Below, one piece after another: positions 37,210-52,100 of a stretch of 64,000 bases of DNA. Location of the stretch: the NCBI GenBank assembly GCA_043228905.1, contig JBHGNT010000011.1:22134001-22198000 (forward strand), in the 5' to 3' direction. The translations under genes were made by a program, and so were the position numbers. Numbering within the stretch: the stretch's first letter is position 1; each line of letters starts with the position of its first letter. A model generated the notes under the pieces. That model was not told the origin of the DNA and searched no databases. It saw nothing but the letters and a program-made list of their open reading frames with translations. The DNA is from Azolla caroliniana. Its lineage: Eukaryota > Plantae > Polypodiophyta.

Positions 37210-40109
37210 GTGGATGCATTGTTGAATATTGCATGTTTAGTCCTTACGATGGATAGAGCTAGGTCAACTAGGTCACATGCATTTAAAGATAACCAATATA
37301 CTTGGGTCTTAGATGTGTCAAGATAACCTTCACAAACAATTTTAATTGTCCAATCAAACTTTTTAATGGGCTAAAATAGAGTTTTGTAAGACAACCCATC
37401 ATTGGTTCAATTATACCTCAAAAAATGAGCATATAAACGAGACGCTGACGTTTATTCGTAACTTGTTTATGGTGTTCTTTTCAACATTCTAGTACATTCT
37501 CTTGCAAAATATCTATACATGTCAAGAAAAGCATGAGCTATGTAGATATGAGGGTTATGGGACATAAAACAAGACTCTTCGATGATGCACGCATCACCTA
37601 TTTAATGAAGTATATGAGAAAAGGTGGAAATCAAGTTGAAATTATTCCCTCCCCCCAATTAGGTATATGGGTTGAGATCGTAGAGAGACTATCATCTTTG
37701 ATGTAATAATTTATCGTAACATCGATGAAGCTCATAATAAAGTGCCCATGGTGTTACCCAATTCTCATTATGATTGGATGCAGGGTCATTTGGTAGACGT
37801 TTTCGTTGAAACTTCAAATGTATTAAATGAAAGGCAGTGTAATATTGTGTCTTCCCAAAACATGTGTATGTTTTGTAATTTATTACAAGCCTTGAGCATC
37901 AATGTCCATATTTGCACGCTAGATTAGTTGTTTCTAGGTTCATACCCATCCAAATGAAAAGCATATGCCCACTCTTATTGGATGTGGGCATATTTTTTCC
38001 CTTAAGTTTATTTATATGTAAAGATTTATGTTTAATGCATGAAATGGCATATTGAGAGCCCACACATTTTAAAAATAATATAATTTAATCTAAAGGAAAG
38101 GAAAAGAGAAATCGAATTTGAAATGAAATATGCTCTAATATCACAATGGTTTTGGCATTACTACAAATAATATTTCTAATTTTCCATTTACAAAATATTT
38201 TACAACAAACAACTTTTACAATGTCAAAACATTGTGAGCAAGTATAGTGTATTTTGACTCATTGATGATGTGTTTCAGTTAATGAATTTTGTTGAACAAG
38301 CAAGAGGTATCAAATTTCTTGATGACATTAATTTGAATGCCTTTACCTATAGTCTATCAACCCACGTTGCGTACAAGCGTGGGAACTCTATAGAATATCA
38401 TATAAAACAATGGATTAATCCATAACTTACATTCAAGTTGTTTATATACATGTAGACAACTTGATTAACCGAACTCTCACCACAAAATTTAAACCTAAAT
38501 GCCACCCAACGGCGTTGCTTTGTAGGTGGCTCCAATTTTAATCCTTCCATGCAATTTATAATATATGCATAATTCTATAAAACATTCATCAAAGGAAATG
38601 TCCTACACTTAATTTTATTAAGCAATCGAATTATTATTTTTGGAACATGAACTGGGTGAGCAATTGGAGTTAACTCGAGATCGTGTTAGATTGTTCAACA
38701 TCCATCTAGACCACGAGAAAGTCATTATCAATAAGAATGAGCACCAAGTTCGAATTTAAGGACATGTTGTGCAACTTGGTTCTCAAGGCATGTCAATAAC
38801 GTTAAACCAAGGGTCTAGTATTTGAATCATCGTATAACGTCCCAATTAAATGCTCAACGGCACGATTAAAGTCGATGATCGTTAGCCATGTCCTTCATCA
38901 TGACCTTAAATGAAATAATCTATGGAATCTCCAATTCACCATTTCAAACCTTATACAATAGGGTTTTTTGTACCAACTTTTTCTATTTTATGTTGGCGCA
39001 TTTCATTCCCCATTATAATAGCCAATCAACATTAAAACAAATAAAATGCGTGAATAGATTTTATAGACTTGGATACGGGTCGACGTGAACCAAGGTGATA
39101 ATAGTAGTATCAATCAAGGAAAACAACATTGGTCTTGAAAATCCATAGTGTGAATGATCATTTAATCCAATCTCATGCATGATCTCAGTAAATGTCATAC
39201 CTCCCAAGCATTATAGAACTTTGGTTATTTTACTACCCTCTCACGAGCACCACTGACAATGCAAGTTGAATAAAAGGACAATGTTGATGTTCGAATCGTA
39301 CAAGATGGATGCGCGCATTTGAGGCCAAACCTCACACACTGGGCACGTCTTTCTTGGAATCCTAAAAACTCTACATATTTGGCTACCTTTCAAGTGGGGT
39401 TAAAGGGTGTCCATCAACGCTAACAAAGCAAGTCAATTAGGGACGAATCCAAAACTACGACACCATGAGAGGATATATGGAGTGTACACATAGGATAGCT
39501 ATCTAAGGCTCGATAGCAAGACCTAACGGGCAATGCATGCACATTGACCTTAATGAAGCGAATGGCATGGGATGAATCCAAATCCAAGAGCAAAATCAAG
39601 ACACCATGAGATGAATAGAGAATGTGGAAATGTGCCTCATTCTCAAATTCTCATACATTATTTTGGCTAGGTCATTCTCAATGTGTTGGAGGAGTGGCAA
39701 TAAAGACACCCCCGACAGGGACCATACACACATTTCTGTCTCTCCCCCAATTACATATGGACACATAATACTTCTTTAGCTAAAGCAAGAGAAGTTTTTG
39801 CTTCTCAGCATTTGTAGCGCCTTCAATGATAGTGAAGCCTGCTGTGTGCTGCTTTTTGCTGTCACTCACCGAAGCCTTTTCTCTCACACCCTAATTTCCT
39901 CGACCCCTTTTCCTGCAGTTGAAGGCTTCACCAAGCAGAGGTGAAGAATTTGAGTAGCGGCGAAGGTTCGAGCTCAATCAATCTTTAACGAGAACACACA
40001 CATCTGCGTAGATTTTGGCCTTATCATGCATGATCCATAGAATTATGGTCCGTCCCCACGCTACTCTGATGGCGATATAGGTCGAGGGCTCAAAAGCTAC
40101 ACCTTTCAG

Positions 40110-43100
40110 ATGGCTGCCCCTCCTACTCCCCTCTCTGCTCCGAGGCAAGTTTGCTCTGATACACTGCGCCGATTAGCGGACCTTTGTACTAAAGGACAAC
40201 CCAAGGTATGTCAATTCCCTCTCCATATTGTTTCTATTGTTTCATATATTCTATCGCCACCAAAAAATTCCCAAGGTATGCAATTTTTTGTTGGGTCAAA
40301 TCTCCTTTGACTGAAAAAAATCCCAAGGTACGCTGGCGTTTTCCTGTTTTTGTTGGTTTAATCGTCTGTTTTCACTGAAGTAAATCCCAGAGTATGCAGA
40401 AGTTTCGTTTGTTTCATCTTTTATATGCAGTAAAAGGCATGACAAATATTTATTATTGTTTTTGAAATCTTCTCCTTACACCAAAGGAAGTTCAAAGCTT
40501 TGTGAATTTTTTCTTTTGATTATTTTTATTGGTTTAAATATTCATTTGATAAAGGAATCACAAGGGTGTGCAAATGTTATTTCTATTGTTGCTCTCATAA
40601 CTTTTGTGGACAGTAAAGGAAATTCCAAGATATGCATTTATTTTTTGTCGCTGTTTCTAAAGAAAATTCGAAAGTATGCAACTTTGTAATTATTATGGCT
40701 GATTTAAGTATTTGATTTGCCCTAACAGTATTCTGAAGTATGCAAATGTTCCTTTTTTGACATTTCAAAACATTTATAAGAATTTAAGGAAATCCAAAAG
40801 TTCTTGAAAAAGATTATTTTGTTGGCTATTTTTCTGTTTGTATTAAAAGAAATCTTCATGTCCAGAAAAGTTGTTTTCTTCAAAAAAAGCATCATTCTTT
40901 TGAGTTTGTTGTGTCGTTTTGTTTCCAAATCTATTTTCTCTATGTAGGATGGAGCTGCTATGCATTTCAGAAGGCACATTGAGGAGGAAGCTCGAGATTT
41001 GGGCGGGGAGGCATTTAGCAGGTTCATGGACAACTTTTACCATAGAATAAACACGCTGATTGAAAGTCCCGAAGTATCAGACAACTTAGGTGCACTTCGC
41101 GCAATAGATGAGCTTATTGACATGAAGCTTGGTGAAAAGGCATCAAAGCTTTCAAGGTTTGCTGAATATCTACGCCACACATTTGAGGAGAAACAAGATC
41201 CTGATGTATTACTTACTGCAAGTCGGGTTCTTGGTCACTTTGCTCATGTTGGAGGGACTACAATGGCAGATGAAGTTGAGCGTCAGGTTTGTATTTATTT
41301 CTCGAGCTCATTTGAATATAACTTGCAAGTGTTTTGGAACAAGAGAACTATGCCTAGAAGTCTTGGATCATGATCATGCCAAGTATTTGTTTTGCTGGAG
41401 TTCTTTGAGGGTAGTTTCTTTGTGAATTTAGGATCACTGTTATGTTTAACGTCTGCTGCTTTATTGCTGTCAAGTCAAGGGGAGAAGACAAGATTTCAGA
41501 TTTTTTATGAAGAGCATGCCTTATGTATGATATATAATGGATTGTTTTTTGTTTGGACCATGAATCCCATTTCGTTTCAGTGCTATCTCCTCAAGGAAAG
41601 AAACATGGTCTTATATCCAATCGTATCTACTGTTGAAAGATTGTTTAGCTTTCATCCTAGACATACATTTTCATTTAGATATCCAGTGCATCTCATTTAA
41701 GTGACGTCCTTTTATCTTATTTACTTTTTTTACATTAACATTTATTTTGGTTTATTGTTCTCAAAAACAAGACTACACTTAAGTTGTAATCTCTTGTTTG
41801 TCTTATTGGCCATTTTCGCCTCTTAAAAGATGTTAATATATCTTTCTTTCTTTCTATCGATTTCATCTTATAGATCAAGTTTGTTTGATACATGTTACAA
41901 GATAGATTAATCATCATGGTGCACCATCTTATATGGATACACATCTATCTCGTGTGCTAAGACCTCTTCTCAAATGGATTTGCCAATTGTGGCATCATAA
42001 TGTTGAAACAGAGGAACACTACGTTTGACCTTATATTGTTTTTGTGAAATTAAGGGGATATACCATTGTGTCTTCAAACAAGGATTTGATTCATTCCTTT
42101 CGATAACTGAATATAAAGACCAATGAATTATGATGCTTGGTATTTTTCTATCTAGAAATCAAGAGATATAGAGAGAAGTTATTGAAGACCAACAAAACAA
42201 TTGCAAAAGCTCCCCAACATAGATCACTACAACATTCTTGACCCTTATCACTCCTCATGCTACAAGTAAATCAATGGCTACGCTCAAGATAGAAACTGGT
42301 TGTGCATGCAGGCCATACTCATATGAACCATGATCTCCTTACCCTTGTTATCAACAAACAAATGCCATTATCACCTGACACCGAAGGTGATCTGTTTATT
42401 TGGAAACACCTCTATTTTGGATCAGCCCATGTTGGAGATATTTCAAAAGCAGAAAATTCAGTCCATCTAAGATCAAAATGCCAAGTGCTTAGCTAATGAG
42501 AATATCTAGTGCTATAGGAAGTTTTTTACTAATTTGTTGGTTTTATTGCTTTTTGTTTTTTTCTTCTCTTTTGAGAGAACATTTTAAGATGTTATTTTCT
42601 GTCCCATAGAGTATTTTGGCCTCTTAAAAGATGTTTAAATATATTTCTGTCATTCTTTCTCCCTCTTTGTTTATTTTCTAGCAATTTTGAAAGAATAGAG
42701 TGCTTCGAACTGATATTATCAAATTGGATAATGGAAGAACATGTTACAGCCCCGCATCTCTTGGTAGGAAGATGACCCACAACAAGCCACACATTTTGCA
42801 CACATCAAAGAATGGAATCATAATTATGCCCTTATATGGATATACATCTATCCCATGCCCTGCACAATGTGATAGGGTGGCTGCGGATCTCTTCACATCA
42901 GTTAGAGATTGAGGTAGAAAGTTATGCATGCACACCTGTGGAAGAAAGAATTTGCCAATTGTGTCATCAGGGAATGGAATATGCAGAACACTATTTTGCC
43001 ACTACTATTTTTTATGATATAAGTGACATACCAATGCCTCTTTTAACCAAGGCTTTGGCTTACTACACTAGATTATGGAATAGGGCCAATGGTGCTTTGG

Positions 43101-46100
43101 GGATGTTCTTGTTAGAACTCAAGAGACATAGGGAGAAGTTGAAGGAGAACAATACAACCATACAAGCTCATCAACAATGAACAATTGCAAATTTTCAGCC
43201 TTACCACTCCTACTCATGCCACAATTCAATCAAAGGCTGCTCAAGTCGACACATGGGTTTCCGTATAGGATAATCATGACCCTAATCCCGGGGTCGAAAC
43301 CTCTTGAGGTAAGAGGCATTATCTACTCGGACCTCACTAATGAACAGGTTGGTTTTCTTGAATACGAGATTACTAGCAGCATTTGCTGCTGCGGGAAGAA
43401 CCAACTGTGATATGATACAACATGCTTTGTAAGGCATGAATTCAGGTGATACAAGTGTCTGCTTGTTCCAATCAGGACATTGCAAAAGGGTTACACTAGA
43501 TCAGGCAATAGAAATTTGTGGTTCACATAGGCCCTGATCTCGTGAACCAAAATCTGACCACCCTTATCATCGGTAGATAAAGTCCATTGACCTATGCTAC
43601 AGATCTTTTGAAGACAAAAATAATAATCTACATGTATGTATAACAGGATTCTTTAGTCACTTCTATTATTTAATTAGATTTATTTTGATTTCTTCCCAAG
43701 AATCTTAGATGTATAGATAACAGGATTCTTTAGTCACTTCTATTTGTATTTACTCTTTATTTAATTAGATTTATTTTGGTTTGTTGTCAAAGAAGGGAAC
43801 ATTTTAAGATGTAATCTCTTGTTTGGTTTTATAGGCGATTTTGACCTCTTAAAAGACCTTGATATATTGTTCGTTCTTTCTAGAAAGTTCATATTCTTCT
43901 CTTGGTTTAAGAGATTTTGGTTCACACTAGCATACCTTTTCTGATGGAGTATTGTACTGAAGAATAAGTTTTTTGATATATCTCTATAGATTCCAGAACT
44001 AAAATAATACGATGTAGGAGTTTCGAGTCTATGGTTGCAACTTGCTAACACAGTGAACAGGATATTCTTCCTTGTTTGAGTGAAAAGGGAAGGAAATTAC
44101 ATTTAAATACTCAAGTTGTTGTTGAAACATGCAAACACAATAAACAGGATATTCACCTATGAATTTGGGTGAAATTCCACATTTCAACGCCATAGTTTGA
44201 ATAAGCACAACTTGTTGCTTGAACTTGCGTAATGTATGCAGGATTCCATTAACAGCAAACAAATGAACCTTATTTGAATGAGGCATATTGTCAGATCAGA
44301 AACTTCCATGACTCAAATGGTATATTGAAGTACGCCTTTCGTCCTCTCATCAGCATGAAAGAACCATGGCTTTCTGATGTTACCTCATGCTTTCCTAGCC
44401 AAAATGTCAAAGGGTCTCCACTTCTCAATGAGTGCTCAGTGCTGAGATAGTAGTTTGCATGGTTTGTTGGTTGTGTTCCTGTTTGGCAGGCCGAACTTGG
44501 ACATATGTGTAGTTAGGAAATCGCGTAATTACTTGCACTTAATGTCATGTGTACAGTGGTTCCACGTTTTCCTTAATTCTATTTGCTGATAAAAGTTGGA
44601 ATTTTAAATAGGCTATGCATAAAATGCAAAAACAAAAAACACTCATAAATAATGTGGGTTCTGGCAGGTAAAGCATGCATTGCATTGGTTACAAGGGGAG
44701 AGAGTGGAGTCACGTCGCTTTGCAGCTGTCCTTATTCTTAAAGTAAGGATTCTTTGAAATCAAATAATGAATTGATTCCAATATTAACACTAAAATATGT
44801 GTATTCTACATACTGTAAATTTTTTCATGCAGGAAATGGCTGAAAATGCACCTACAATGTTCAATGTACATGTTCCTGAATTTGTCGATGCAGTCTGGGT
44901 AGCATTGAGAGATCAGAAACTTCATGTTAGAGAGAGAGCAGTAGAAGCTCTAAGAGCTTGCCTCCGTGTGATTGAGAAGAGGGAGACCAGATGGCGTGTA
45001 CAATGGTAAGAAAGATTACAATCAAACTGCCACATTATAATGTGAAAGTTGAAGATGCGTAACACTGTTATGTGGTGTAAGTCAATTCACTGAACAAAGA
45101 TAACTCTTCTTTAGCATTGTCTCATATATTGTGCACTATGAAATGAGCGTTGAAGGTTTAACTATGAAAGACTTCCATCATTTTGAGCTCTCTGATTTCT
45201 CTTCTCACCTGTAGGTATTACCGTATGTTTGTAGCAACCCAAGATGGTCTTGGAAAAAATGCAAGCGTTGAAAGTATACATGGGTCACTACTTGCAGTAG
45301 GAGAACTTTTAAGGTTGGATTATGCATAATGCAACCATATTCTCTACCTTTCATGTGTTCAAATGTAGGAAATTGAGATAAGCTGCTTTTGTTCAGGAAC
45401 ACTGGTGAATTCATGATGTCTCGGTATAAAGAAGTAGCAGACATTGTCTTTAAATATCGGGATCATCGTGATCGTCTTGTAAGGAGAAGCATCACTGCCT
45501 TACTTCCTCGCATTGCCCACTTTTTGAAGGACCGGTTTGTTTCTTCATATCTAAAGGTGATTTTTTCTGCAGCATACTCTTCTTTCATATTTCACCGCTT
45601 ACATGCGATCTCTTACTTGTTTCGTTTAAATGCATAAGATCTGCATGGACCATCTGCTTGCTGTTATGAAGAATCCAAGTGAGCGTGGTAGTGGATTTGT
45701 TGCACTGGCAGAGATGGCAGGGGCAGTTGGAAAGGAGTTAGAATCTTACCTACCACTTGTAACTGGGCCGCTAAAAGAGGCAGTGAGGCTTCATACCATA
45801 TTTTTTATTCAGGAAAAAGGTGTATATTTTGGATATTGAAGATAGACCCTATATTTCTAACCTACTCCATTTATACAGATAGCACCGAGAAGAGGCAGAC
45901 CATCTATGGAAGCCTTGGCTTGTGTTGGCAGTCTAGCTAAGGCAATGGGGCCTGCAATGGAGGAGCATGTGCGGGGATTGTTGGACGTTATGTTCTCAGC
46001 AGGACTGACACCTACACTTGTTGAAGCACTTGAAAGTATAGTTTCAAGGTATTCTTTTGTACACATGCTTGTGAGCTTTTTGGGAGTATTTTGTATATAA

Positions 46101-49100
46101 ATGTTGATGTGGTTTTGCTGTTGTGGCAGGTTGCCTTCTTTGTTACCAACTATACAGGAGCGTCTATTAGATTCAATCTCATTTGTCCTGTTAAAATCAC
46201 CTTATCGATCAGCCAAAACCACAACAGTCCCTGGTCGTTCACCAATTGTGCCCAGTTCGCCACAATCATTTGAGTTAAATGGGCCTGCTTTGGTGCAACT
46301 TGCATTAACGACTTTGACAACATTTAATCTGGAGGTTGGTTCGTTGATGGGATTTCAGTATATGTGGGGTTTTCTGATTCAATAGCAATAAAAGGAAAAT
46401 TGAAGGGCAGGTTGAAATCCTTATTTTTTTCCATTAGGTTCTACTTATTTTCCAGGTAATAGCTCACAATAAGTCTTCCATGGTGTACATAATGTAGATA
46501 GTAAGGTCTCGAAAAGGTGATTATTAGGGGTTCTGCAGTATTTTAATTGAAGTCTGGACACTAAAGTGGGATGATATATAGTTAATTGTCAGTAATTGCA
46601 GGATTGTTCCTTATTTTATGAACTAGAGAGTGAATACTGTGTGACCAGGTCTTACTCTTACTTTTATTCATTTATGTGATATCTCTTATAAAGGAGAAGA
46701 TTCTAGTGAAGCTCAAAGAAAGAAAACTATTTATTGTTCTTGGCAGTAGCTTTGCGTTTTTTTCTTTTCTTTTAATTTCTTTCATCATTCAATTCCATTT
46801 CTGCCCGAATATTCTTGGTTACCTTGTAAGTCATGACTTATAAAGGTCTGTGTTTGACAGCTCTTAACAACTTTAGTCTCTTAGGTCAGTTTTTGGCCTT
46901 TTGTGCACGATAATATTACTTAAACTGGCCTTTTGTGCACAATAATATTACTTATTTTCTTAACAGGCTAAAATTTGACTTTTGTGTATCATGTTTTGGC
47001 AGGGTCATGAACTGTTAGAATTTGCTAGGACTGCTGTAATACCTTACTTAGAGGATGAGGATTCAATTACAAGAAGAGATGCTGCAGTTTGCTGTAGTAG
47101 GCTTATGGAACACTCATTTTCTTCTTTTGGGCTAGCTAATGGAAGATTCTCATCCAGTAGATCTGCTCGTCCAGGAGGATCTTGGAGGCGATGGCATCTT
47201 ATAGAAGAGGTGTGATTGTTGTTGTTTTATCTTGTTATGTTCTCCTCAACCAGAAATGGGTTGGAGAAATCAGGAAGATATGTTTTCATCATTATAATTT
47301 TTGGAGAGTTTGGTTTTTCATTTTATGATATATGCATATTTTCTCCTATGGCCAGATTCTCGACAGGCTTCTAGTTGCAGCAGTTGCAGATGCAGATGCT
47401 GGTGTTCGAAAAGCGGTTTTACATTCATTACATGAAAATGCTAGTTTTGATGCATTTTTGTCACAAGCTGATAGTTTACGTGCTATATTCATTTCCCTGA
47501 ATGATGAGGTGTGGTATATCTGATTCTCTAAGTCATTAGTTGCGTTCAATGGCGTAAGTCTGGGAAGTAATTCCATTTTGTTATGAAGGCTTTTGAGGTG
47601 AGACAACTTGCTATCTCAATGGCTGGTAGGCTATCAGATCAAAATCCTGCATATGTTCTGCCAGCTCTTCGTTGTCACCTTGTGCAGCTGTTAACGGACC
47701 TTGGACAAAGGTAATCTTTACAAGTGTCTGGGGAAGGATATCTTCAAGAAGGATTGGAACCCATTATGAAAGTTACAAATACACGTATTCTTATGTTGAT
47801 GCAGCCCGGATAGTAAAAATCGAGAAGAGAGTGCCCAACTTCTTGGTTACCTTATCAGATCTTGTGAACGTTTAGTACTCCCATATATTGATCCAGTTCA
47901 CAAGGTACTGTGTTTGTATGTTTAATTTCAAGAAGACTACTTTTTTGCTTGCTTTACAGAGGTAATATGTTTCTTCCTCGAAGGTTCTTCTAGAAAAGCT
48001 ACAGGATGGATCTTCTGGAGCTGCAAATAATGGAGTAGTGACAGCTGTGCTTGCGACAGTTGGTGAACTAGCAAGAGTGGTATGAAGGATATGATTATAA
48101 GAGAGGTTGCTAAGCTGACAACATTCAGTTCAATCTCTATCTTTAATGCAAGATTAATATGTTCTTAGGGTGGATGTGCAATGCGACAATATCTTGATGA
48201 ATTGATGCCACTAATAAGAGATGTCCTCCTTGATGGGGCATCAGTAATGAAAAGAGAGGTTGCAGTTTCAACACTTGGGCAACTTATTCAAAGTACAGGG
48301 TAAGTTTCCTTAATGCTTACATATTTACAGTCATAAATGTTTCACAGTGGATATATCAGTTCTGTCATTTCTGTGACTTTTTTCATTTGTGTGAGAATTC
48401 TTCTTAGGCTGGTAGAATGTCATTCCTCTGCTAATTTGTTGTGGAAGGGATTGTGGAGGCTGGTGTATAAGTAGCTATTTTCAGTTTAGGCGCATCAGAG
48501 TCATGATTGAATCATTTTAAAAAGCAATTTTCAGTTTAGGCGCAACTTCTGAATGCTCAAATATGTGAACTTCAATGTATTCATGAGGAACTCCCCCTCA
48601 AAATTTCCAGAGGTTTTGTGGCTCATTCCAAATTCCTGAGTCTCTGCAGACTTCATAGAGCCATAAATTGTTTAAAAATAGATGATTGGGGCATTATGCA
48701 TGCATCAAGCTTGAGCTCGAGTAAAAGAAAACCTCATCTTCCTTTTGAGGCAAGATAAAGAATGCATAAACTAGGATTAAGTTCATCTCATTGATCTTAT
48801 TGTTGGTTGTAAACTTTCATTTCGGGTGTGTTATAGATGCCATTATACATTTCATCTCATTTCATTGCCAACCAAAATTGACAGCATGCAATAGCTAGTT
48901 GTGAATCTTATCTTTTTCTTTATAAGATTCCTGAACTTGTGCACTATTTGACACAGGTTGTCAGATATCAAAACAATGCTGTTTGTGTGATGCAATTTTG
49001 TCAAACTCGTCATAGAATTATCTTAAATGTGCTCAGAAAATTCTAGTGAGAGTAAAAGAAATTTTATCTGCAAAAACTCTTTCAACTAATAAGTAAAGCT

Positions 49101-52100
49101 GTTCTATTTTCATAAAACTTTGGTTGGCTCATCCATCCCAAATCTGACTGAAACTTCTTCGAGGTCAATTATTACCAGAATTGAACTTGGGTTGCCTGGT
49201 GAAACAAAGCCAGGTATCCTAACCTGACTAGACAAGAATGGATCCACATCTTGATATTCAAAATTTACATACATATGTGTATCAATTCTAGAAGCAGAAG
49301 GTGAAAACATGCAAACAGAACAATGTGTTCATCTTGAAAACAATATATAGATATATTGTGTCAAAGCCTATGAGTAATAGCACAGTGCGTGAAATTGAGC
49401 ATAGTTGGTCAAGGGATTGGCTTCCATTGTAATAGAAAAGAAATGCATCGGGTTTTCTGTATAGCAATAGAATAATAACAATGCTCCAGTCGATCTATCC
49501 AATAATAGATTTTAATGAAATATTATTTTATGAAATTTATTCCTTTATGAGCCTCTCATTTAGTTTTTATGTATTTATTTATTTCTGTATCTTGGTCTCA
49601 TTTATTTTTCAATATACTTAAAGATCCTCTAGTAATTTGCTGAGCTGAAAGTTTTCTGCCTTTTAATGAGATCATGCAGATATGTTGTGACTCCTTATAC
49701 AGACTACCCTGAATTACTTGGTTTGCTGCTTCGCTTATTAAATGGAGATCTTGCATGGTCTACAAGAGTAGAAGTGCTTAAGGTACAAAGTGATTTTGAG
49801 TATACTTGATAAATGCGTATGGAACTTTCTAAAAAATGTGTTTTGTTAATTTTTATTCTCAGGTTTTAGGAATATTGGGTGCACTTGATCCTCACAGACA
49901 TAAACATAATCAACAGTCACTGCAAGGGGTTCATAGAGAAGGGAATCATGCAGATGTCCGGCAGCAGATGCATTCTATGGAAGAACTTCCCCTTGATCTC
50001 CTGCCTGCAGGAGGGCTATTTACGACTTCTGAGGATTACTACTCAACGGTACTCCATTTTCCCAACTCTTGCATATCTTTAAGAAGTATTTTCCTGATTA
50101 TATTTAGTTCTGTGATTCTTTATAGGTTGCGATACATGCATTGATGCGCATTTTAAAGGATCCTCAGTCAAGCTACCACCAGAAAGTTGTGGGGTCTCTC
50201 ATGTTTATCTTCAAGGTATGGGAGGCATTCTCTTTGGTTCTGGTGCCATGAAGCCATTTTGATTCGCAGAGATTGCATCCAATTTATTTGGATTGACTGC
50301 TGCCTTTTGTTACATTTTTCTGACTTTTTGTGTATTTGCAATGCTGATATTTCAGACCATGGGGCTTGGCTCTGTCCCATATCTTTCGAAGGTGAGTAAA
50401 ATGGTTCAGAAACTTTATTTCTCATTTCTTTTTGAGCATTGAGGGCAATGTATGCAACACATGAATTGCGTTTGCATTCTTTTTCAATACATTGTTGATC
50501 ATTGTTTGTCCCTGTTCCATATCTTTCGAATGTGAGTAAAATGGTTCAGAAACTTTATTTCTCATTTTTTTTTTGAGCATCGAGGGCAATGTATGCTATA
50601 CATGAATTGCATTTGCTTTCTTCTTCAATACATTGGTGATCACTGTTTGTTTGCTCACATAGTACATCGATGAAAGATATTGAGATTTTATAGCTATAGT
50701 CTAGCTATAAATTGTCTGATGGATATTAAATTTGTCTTTATTTAATGGAACCATTTGTTTACAGTGTAAGCAGTTGTGTCGAGCTACAGTTTTGATGTGC
50801 ATTGTTGCTTTATTTTGTCAAGCTATGTGTTTTCATTTTCTACTAGTTTATAATGTGTTTTGTTCTATTATTTAAGAGAAAGAAAGATATATTAACCCCT
50901 CTTAGGAGGCCAAAAGGGCCTATACGACCAAATGAGGGATTACATCATAAGTGTTGTCTCGTCTTTGAGAACAACAAATCAAAATAAATAAATTTTCCTA
51001 GGTAAAAAATTAAATAAGATAAAAAAGACTAGAGAATCTTGTTATCAATACATGCAAGATTCTCAAGTTAGACATATTGTAAATTTTTTTCAAAAGATCT
51101 CTAGCATAGGTTGATCGAGAATGGAGGGTCCCCGAAGTGAGTGAAGCACCTTTCAATGGCGGGAGATAATGGCCTTTATCTATCAATGACAAGGGTAATG
51201 AGATCATGATCCATGGGGCCGGGCCCTACGTGCACGACAAATTGCTATTGCCTGATCTATTGTAACCTCTTTGTTATTTCCTAGTTGGGAGCCCATTTGT
51301 GTAGCACATGATTGACTTGTAGCATGAGTAGGAGTGATGGAGCTAAAGAATTTTATGATGTTCTTTGTTGATGAGCTTGTGTCGCTCTACTGTTATCCTT
51401 CAACAATTTTTCCATGTGTCTCTTGAGTTCTAGCAAGAAAAGCCCCAACTGCTGTTGGTCATATTCCATTACCTTGCATACTGGGCCAGAGCCTTGCTTA
51501 AAGAGGCAATGGTATCTCCCCCTTATTTCATAAGAAACACTAGAGTGACAAACATAATGTTCTTCAGATTCCACTCCCTGATGACACAATTGACAAATTC
51601 TTTCTTCTAGAAGTATTAGTGCATATCATCCTACCTCAATCTCTAACTGATGTGATGAAGTTTGCAGTTGCCCTATCACACTGCACAATGCATATTCCTA
51701 CCAAGGGATATTTTGGGGTTGATTTATATTATACTGTTTTCCAAGTTAATAATATCAGTTCAAACCACTGTATTCTTTTCCAGTTTGATCATGTTTAGAT
51801 GACATCAATCTAATCTATACAGTAATGGGGGTAGTGCATTTATGATTATACTATGTGACTTGAACCATGGTTGCATTTTAGCATACCAACAATAGATGTC
51901 TCCATGTTCAGCAAGTTGTTTTTATGACATAATTGCCAATCTTGAGTACCATCGTTTAGGGAACTCCAAAGCAATTGGATATAGGTCACTGATCAGAATA
52001 ATGCCTTGATGATTATAGAGGCTGCTCCCATCTCTGCAGAAAGAAAGAAAGATATATTAATGTCTTTTAAGAGGCCAAAATGGCCTATAAGACCAAACAA

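Noticed and set aside
38180-39100. Possible decayed integrase/transposase (LYDIL..H-like on the minus strand)
   Set aside because: Motif resemblance is too weak; no termini or TSD found.
48560-49310. Exon-like antisense pieces in TOR intron 15 (cag|[16 protein letters not shown]|gt)
   Set aside because: No coherent multi-exon frame or recognisable protein; would need tBLASTx.
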